A stretch of DNA of 64,000 nucleotides, taken from assembly GCF_009914755.1 (NCBI RefSeq), contig NC_060934.1; one strand, given 5' to 3'. The DNA comes from the human T2T-CHM13v2.0 reference genome, Homo sapiens. Below, piece after piece: positions 55,977-64,000 of this stretch (within the stretch, counting starts at the first letter, position 1; each line of letters begins with the position of its first letter). The notes under the pieces are model-generated. The model was not told the DNA's origin and did no database searches. It saw only the letters and a list, made by a program, of their open reading frames with translations. A program made the translations under genes and the position numbers.

Positions 55977-58074
55977 TTTACAAAGTAGAGTAATTCACGT
56001 TCTTCCTATGCAAGAGTTATTTATGGCTACTGTTCATAGTACCCCTCTAAATAGGTCCCCAGTAAAATGTATGCTAATTTATTTTTATTGAATGACTAAT
56101 GCAGATGAATTAAAGAGTTCCCATTCTTAGAGGGAGATTTCCTCTATTATTCACCATTACCTTATATTCCAGAAACATAGCCCACTGAGGAAATCCACTT
56201 GACCTTTTCAGAGAAACTTGGTTATCATAACCTTCCTTGTGTTACCATCCCCACTAACACTGTAGAACGAATCATGTTTTGCTGTTGCTACGGTATTAAA
56301 TTTTAATTCCTCCTGTCCATAGCAAAGCTAATTGTAGCTGAATGACTCCCATGTTTGTGGGACTGCACTTCGGTTTATTGGTGAAGGGTTATACATGCCA
56401 CCAGTGGTTGCATTCTCTGACCTACACTGTTCTGCAGTGGTTATGACAGGACACATTAACTACAGCCCTAGGAGCTTGAAATGTATCCACTTCTTTCCCA
56501 CTCCAGCTGTCCAGGTGAAATCCTGGTCTGGATGCGAAAAGGACCCCTCAAAACAGCTACAAAATATTCGAATCAGGGGGAATCCTAGACATCCCCCTAA
56601 TGCACTCAACCTTGTCTCCCAATTCCCACTTCTGGGATTTTTCAGTCCGACTTCACTGTTGGGTGGGTCTGGAAGGTGAGCATGACCCTGGCAGAGCAGG
56701 ACTAGGTAGGGTGAATGACACAACGAGATTCAGTGGCCTCTCTCCAGTCTTTTCTCCTACAAGGGACAACCTCATGGGTTCCTAATATCCTTGTGTGCCA
56801 GCGACCACCTGTCCTCGATTACTGCAAGAAAACAGAAGAACAGAAAGATGGAGAGAACTCAGGAGGGGAGGAACACACTGATGACCAAGCAGACGACACT
56901 GGCCAGGAAGAAGTCAGTGCACCCAAGGGTTTCTAGGGAGCTGGCCCGGAACACTTCTCAGTCAGATCCCCTAAAACTCACCTTTAGATATGGACCCAAA
57001 TCGGAGTGCTTAGGGCTCTCAATATTAATGATTAGGGCCTAAAATATGATATGAACGTTTGGAAACCTTCATATTGGTAACTGGAGGGAAATAAAATATA
57101 TTCCCTGGCTACAGGAGGCCTCATGAACCTCCTCAATCCGAGGTTCCGTCTGAGCTCTGTGCTGAGAGTTAAAGAGAGAAAGAGAAAGAGAAGACTCGGT
57201 ACATGCTCTCAGGCTTACTCAAGAGACAATAATTGCATTAAAATGTCATTAGGGAGCTCCACTAATGAGAAGGATAGAAGCCTCAAGCTCCCAGAGACAC
57301 AGGAAGCAGAAAGTCAGTCCACACATCAGAGGCGACTTGGAAAAGCTCTAACACAATAGGACACTTAAAAAAATGCCAATTATATAGTAGGGGCAAATAG
57401 TGTTTCATGAACAGGACATAGGGATTCTGTTTGAGAAGAGGCCTCCATGAACAAAGACAGGGATATGCTTGGCCCTAAAGGGCCCACCATATCTTCCCAT
57501 TTCTGAAAGGATAGCAGAACACACGGATGGAGATGCAATTTGGGGCCAGAATGCACAAGGTGCCAAGTCTTGCACAGTAAGACGCGTCACCCGAATTCTG
57601 CAGACAAAGATGAGTGTAGCTCTCTTCTCTACCCTTATCTGACCCTGTGCTTACATTCCTCAGGAGGGAAATGTCCCAGTGTTTTCCCTCTATGACATCC
57701 CTGAGGTCACCAAGGCCTTCTGGGGTACAAGCTGGAAACCTCAGCACTGGCTTTAACATTGTTTTAGCTGGGGTTTAGCTGTTGTTAGAAACCCATACAT
57801 GTGAGTGCCCATTTTATTTTATTGCTGCTGGGATTTATTTCTAATCTTCTTTGAAAGATTATGTTTTTCTTTGGTTTCATAATGTTGGTTTATTCTACTT
57901 TTAAGTGAGTCCCTTAAATAGTTTACTACTCTTTCCTTTTAAGATAAACATTCTTTTTTTTGTGAATGCTTTCATTTATTTTGTTTTGGGCATACCTCTA
58001 TCATCCTAATTCTTGAATTTAGTCTTTTACCTTTCTTACTCGTATCTATTTTAGTACATTTAAAAGTGATTATA

Positions 58075-58349
58075 GGCTGGGCGTGGTGGCTCTCGCCTGT
58101 AATCCCAGCACTTTGGTGGTGGCGCAGGGGGTTGGGAGATCATTTGAGGTCAGGAGTTGGAGACCAGCCTGGCCAACATGATGAAAACATGTCTCTGCTA
58201 AAAATACAAAAGTTATCCAGGCATGGTGCTGTGAGCCTGTAGTCTCAGCTACTCAGGTGAGGCGAAGGGCGGAGGTTGCAGTGAGCTGTGACCACGCCAC
58301 TGCATTCCAGCCTGGGTGACAGAGCGAGACTCTTGTCTCCAAAAAAGAA

Positions 58350-58381
<32 letters not shown>

Positions 58382-58405
58382 ATCCCCCCAAAACTAACAA
58401 AAAAA
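58075..58405 (+). mobile_element. Alu with an internal deletion in the right arm
   Basis: Alu consensus match, (CAAAA)n tail. Confidence 0.92.
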
Positions 58406-58567
58406 ATTATGATTTTGTTTTGAAGAAGACTTAAAATATCTTTTCATTTAATTTAAACAAAATTTTATCTTTTATCCTTTACTATTTTTTCTTTATTAAA
58501 ATCACTTATGAATTTTTGCTATGTCTACATTTTATGTTTACCTGTTGCCTCATTCTTTTGCTTATAG

Positions 58568-58921
<354 letters not shown>

Positions 58922-59249
58922 AGTTTAATCTTTTTTTTAATTATTGACATTACAGTGGTCCACAAAGCAGGATGCCAAGGGGATGATAAGGGGAAAAATC
59001 ACACCATAGACAAGGGGAGATGGAGTCTTTGCAGCAAGTCACCTCCCGGAATTCTAAACATTTCCCACCCCCTTCAGCTCTGATTTCTGGTAGAATTTAT
59101 CTAGATAACTCCAGAGGTCCACAGGCAAAATCTTCCAAGACAATAGTAATTCTGTTGTGCAGACATTTAAGTCACTAGATTGGGATTCTTTTCCTCTAAC
59201 ACTTAGCACACAGTACCTTGGGCATTACAGATTCTAAAATATATGACTC

Positions 59250-61017
<1,768 letters not shown>

Positions 61018-61651
61018 TGAGAGGATGGATTCAGATAAAGTGAGGCGTGCAGCCCTGTGATCCCCAGGTGGGGGCAGTTCTGAATCGGGAAACTTGTACT
61101 TTCTCAGGGAAGCAGGAGGCAAGACAGCTGCTGAGTGCGAGGGGACGGCGGAGGCAGGAGCAGCTGTGGAGAAGCTGCCGTGGGAAGGAAGATCATTGGC
61201 CAGGGAAACGTCTGGGAGCTGGGGAAGACAGAGATCCTAGATGGAGTGGGAAGTCACAGAGCTACGGCATCCTGAATTTGCAGAGCGGCGTGTTTTCCGG
61301 GAGAACTCATCAGCCTATGTGTAGACACTGGAAAAAGCAGACAGTTGGATTTAGCTGTGATCCCAGTGACCACAGAGGGGGCAAAGAAAGTGCATCATCT
61401 CACACAACATCACCAGGCGGTCCTTCCCCAGCAGCAAGGGAAACGCTTTAGTGGAGGGACAGTGGCCAAGTTTATATTTGTCAATGTCAAGCTGAAAGCT
61501 CTCTAGTCTGTATAATGAACACTATTTCTTCCTAACCTGTCTTGCTCTTTATGAAACTGATGGGTATATTTCAAAGTTTATAACCTTCCTAACAAACCAG
61601 GGACATGGTTGTTATTACATACTCCCCTTAAGAAAATATCTTCCCTTGATA

Positions 61652-61977
61652 GGTGGGGTGGCTCACACCTGTAATCCCAGCACTTTGGGAGGCCAAGGCA
61701 GGAGGATCACTTGAGGCCAGGATTTCAAGTCTAGCCTGGCCAACATGGTGAAACCCTGTCTCTACTAAAAACATAAAAATTAACCAGGTGTGGTGGTGCA
61801 TGCCTGTAGTCCTAGCTACTCTCGAGGCTGACACAATAATTGCTTGAGCCTGGGAGGCAGATGTTGCAGTGAGCCGAGATTGAGTCACAGCACTCCAACC
61901 TGAGCAACAGAACAAGACCCTGCCTCAAAAACAAACAAACAAACAAACCAACAAACAAACCAAGAAACAAACAAACA
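61652..61977 (+). mobile_element. Alu
   Basis: Dimeric Alu with (CAAA)n tail. Confidence 0.93.
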
Positions 61978-62339
61978 GGAACCAGGTGTGGTCCTTCCCT
62001 AAACAGCCACCTAACTAACAAACTTTGGGAACACAGTCCCTGGAGGTATGGAAAGAATACCACCACATCAGAAGCCAAGAGATCAGGGGTCAGCGCTAGT
62101 AATTTAATCTGTGACCCTAGATCAAGTTTCTTAACCTGCACACCTCAGCTGGCTTCTCTGTAAGCTGTGAGACCCACCCAACATATGGGGCTTTCTGAAT
62201 GACTGATTCCCGCGATCCAGGCCCAGGGCATGACCAACGACTGCCTTCCCATCGCTCCCTCTTCCTTCTAGCCCCTAAGCTCATCTGATTCTATGACTTA
62301 AAGGAATGGTATAGAAAACTAAATGCCATAGGTATGTAA

Positions 62340-63162
62340 TTTTCTTTAATTTTTATTTTTATTTTAAGTTCTGGGATACAGGTGCAGGACGTGCAGGTTT
62401 GTTACATGGGTAAACGTGCCATGGTGGTTTGCTGCACCTATCATCCCATCACCTAGGTATTAAGCCCCACATGCATTAGCTACTTTTCCTAATGCTCTCC
62501 CTCCCTCCAATCCCACCTCCCGACAGGCCCCAGTGTGTGTTGTTCCCCTCCCTGTGTCCACATGTTCTCATTATTCAGCTCCCACTTATAAGTGAGAACA
62601 TAAGGTGTCCAGTTTTCTGCTCCTGTGTTAGTTTGCTGAGGATGATGGCTTCCAGCTCTATCCATGTCCCTGCAAAGGACAGGGATCTCATTCCTTTTTA
62701 TGGCTACATAGTATTCTATGGTGTGTATGTACATTTTCTTAATCCAGACTACCATTGGTGGGCATTTGGGTTGATGCCATGTCTTTGCTATTGTGAATAG
62801 TGCTGTAATGAACATACGTGTGCATGTATCTTTATAACAGAATGGTTTATATTCCTTTGGATATATGCCCAGTAACAGGAGTGCTGAGTCAAACGGTATT
62901 TCTGGTTCTAGATCTTTGAGGAATTGCCACACCATCTTCCACAATGGTTGGACTAATTTACATTCCCACCACCAAGAGTGTAAAAGCGTTCCTATTTCTC
63001 TGCAACTTTGCCAGCACCTGTTGTTTCTTGATTTTTTAATAATCACCATTCTGACTTGCAGGAGATGGTAACTGATTGTGGTTTTGATTTGCATTTCTCT
63101 AATGATCAGTGATATTGAGGGTTTTTTTTCCATGTTTGTTGGCTGCATGAATGTCTTCTTTT
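62340..63162 (-). mobile_element. L1PA 3' end (about L1PA8-10), 5'-truncated
   Basis: ORF2 C-terminal peptide (IREMQIKTT...CKLVQPLWK), 3' UTR and tail. Confidence 0.9.
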
Positions 63163-63957
63163 AGGTACGAACAGATTTAATGTGTCCCAAACCAAATGAT
63201 ACAGTTTCATGAAATAATTACCCTTCCTACATGAAATGCATCTTAATATTTTCTGTTTTATTCTATTTCATGCTTGTTATCACCCCCAAAATTAATGTCA
63301 TTGCCCACTAGTAGACTGTGTCTTGGAGTTTGAAAAACTGTGTAGAAGGCCTGCTTTTGTATAGCTAAAACATATCAGTGAAAACAGAACGGAAAATGTT
63401 GAAGCTTATGCCCTAAAAATGCTGAACACAGCTGAGATGAACTTCTCTCAAAACGACAAGAACAACAACATTTCTGCTTACTTTCAGGACAGACTTGGCT
63501 CACCTCTGAACCCCTGTCCTTTTGGCTAATTCCCATACATCTTCCATCCCCACCCGCGATACCTTGTCCTCTGAAAGCCTTTCCTGAACCTCCGAATCAG
63601 GACTTGGTTCCCTTTTACATGTTCTCAAAGCACCCAAGCAATCATCTACATATAGTGCTTAGCACAGCAAACGGCCGATAGTGACAAGTCAATACATGTT
63701 AGAATATATTGCCATAGTTTGTTTACTTTTTGATTTTTCCAATAGATTGTACGCTTATTAGGAATTCTTGCCCACAGGGAAAAAATTTCAGGATGACAAG
63801 GATTCTGCTTCTGCAGATATTTAAACCACCAGATAGAAATTTTTTTCTTTTAACACTTAGCCGCAGTCCTTTAGGTGTTACAAGGTTAAAAAAAGAAAAA
63901 CCCAAAAGATGTGTTCTTGATATCAGCTAACACTCCAGTTAAAGGCGAAAAGAGCTA

Positions 63958-64000
63958 GGCCAGGTGTGGTGGCTCATGTCTTTAATCTCAGCACTCTGGG
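63958..64000 (+). mobile_element. Alu 5' end, cut by the window boundary
   Basis: ggccaggtgtggtggctcatg. Confidence 0.85.

Overview
This is primate (most likely human) genomic DNA from the 5' part of PRKCQ (protein kinase C theta), transcribed on the minus strand. Two coding exons are present: the ATG exon (5139-5265; CDS 5139-5256) and the next exon (1118-1317). Together they encode residues 1-106, most of the C2-like domain. Everything above 5265 is a very long upstream intron, and the non-coding first exon and main promoter are not in the window. The intron is dense in repeats: about 23 Alus, several L1s (including a twin-primed, inverted L1PA), three ERV1 solo LTRs with 4-bp TSDs plus a fourth less certain one, hAT and mariner MITEs, L2/MIR/L3 relics and several short tandem duplications. 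I see no convincing new gene or multi-gene system. The best lead is a sense-oriented solo LTR in the intron between the two coding exons. It carries a TATA box, a strong-Kozak ATG, 35 open codons with a hydrophobic stretch, and a splice donor in the same phase as the downstream exon, so it could supply an alternative PKC-theta N-terminus (a hypothesis only). Other leads are unusual transposon junctions and candidate enhancer motif clusters. Repeat subfamily names are recalled from consensus sequences, and boundaries without TSD support are approximate.
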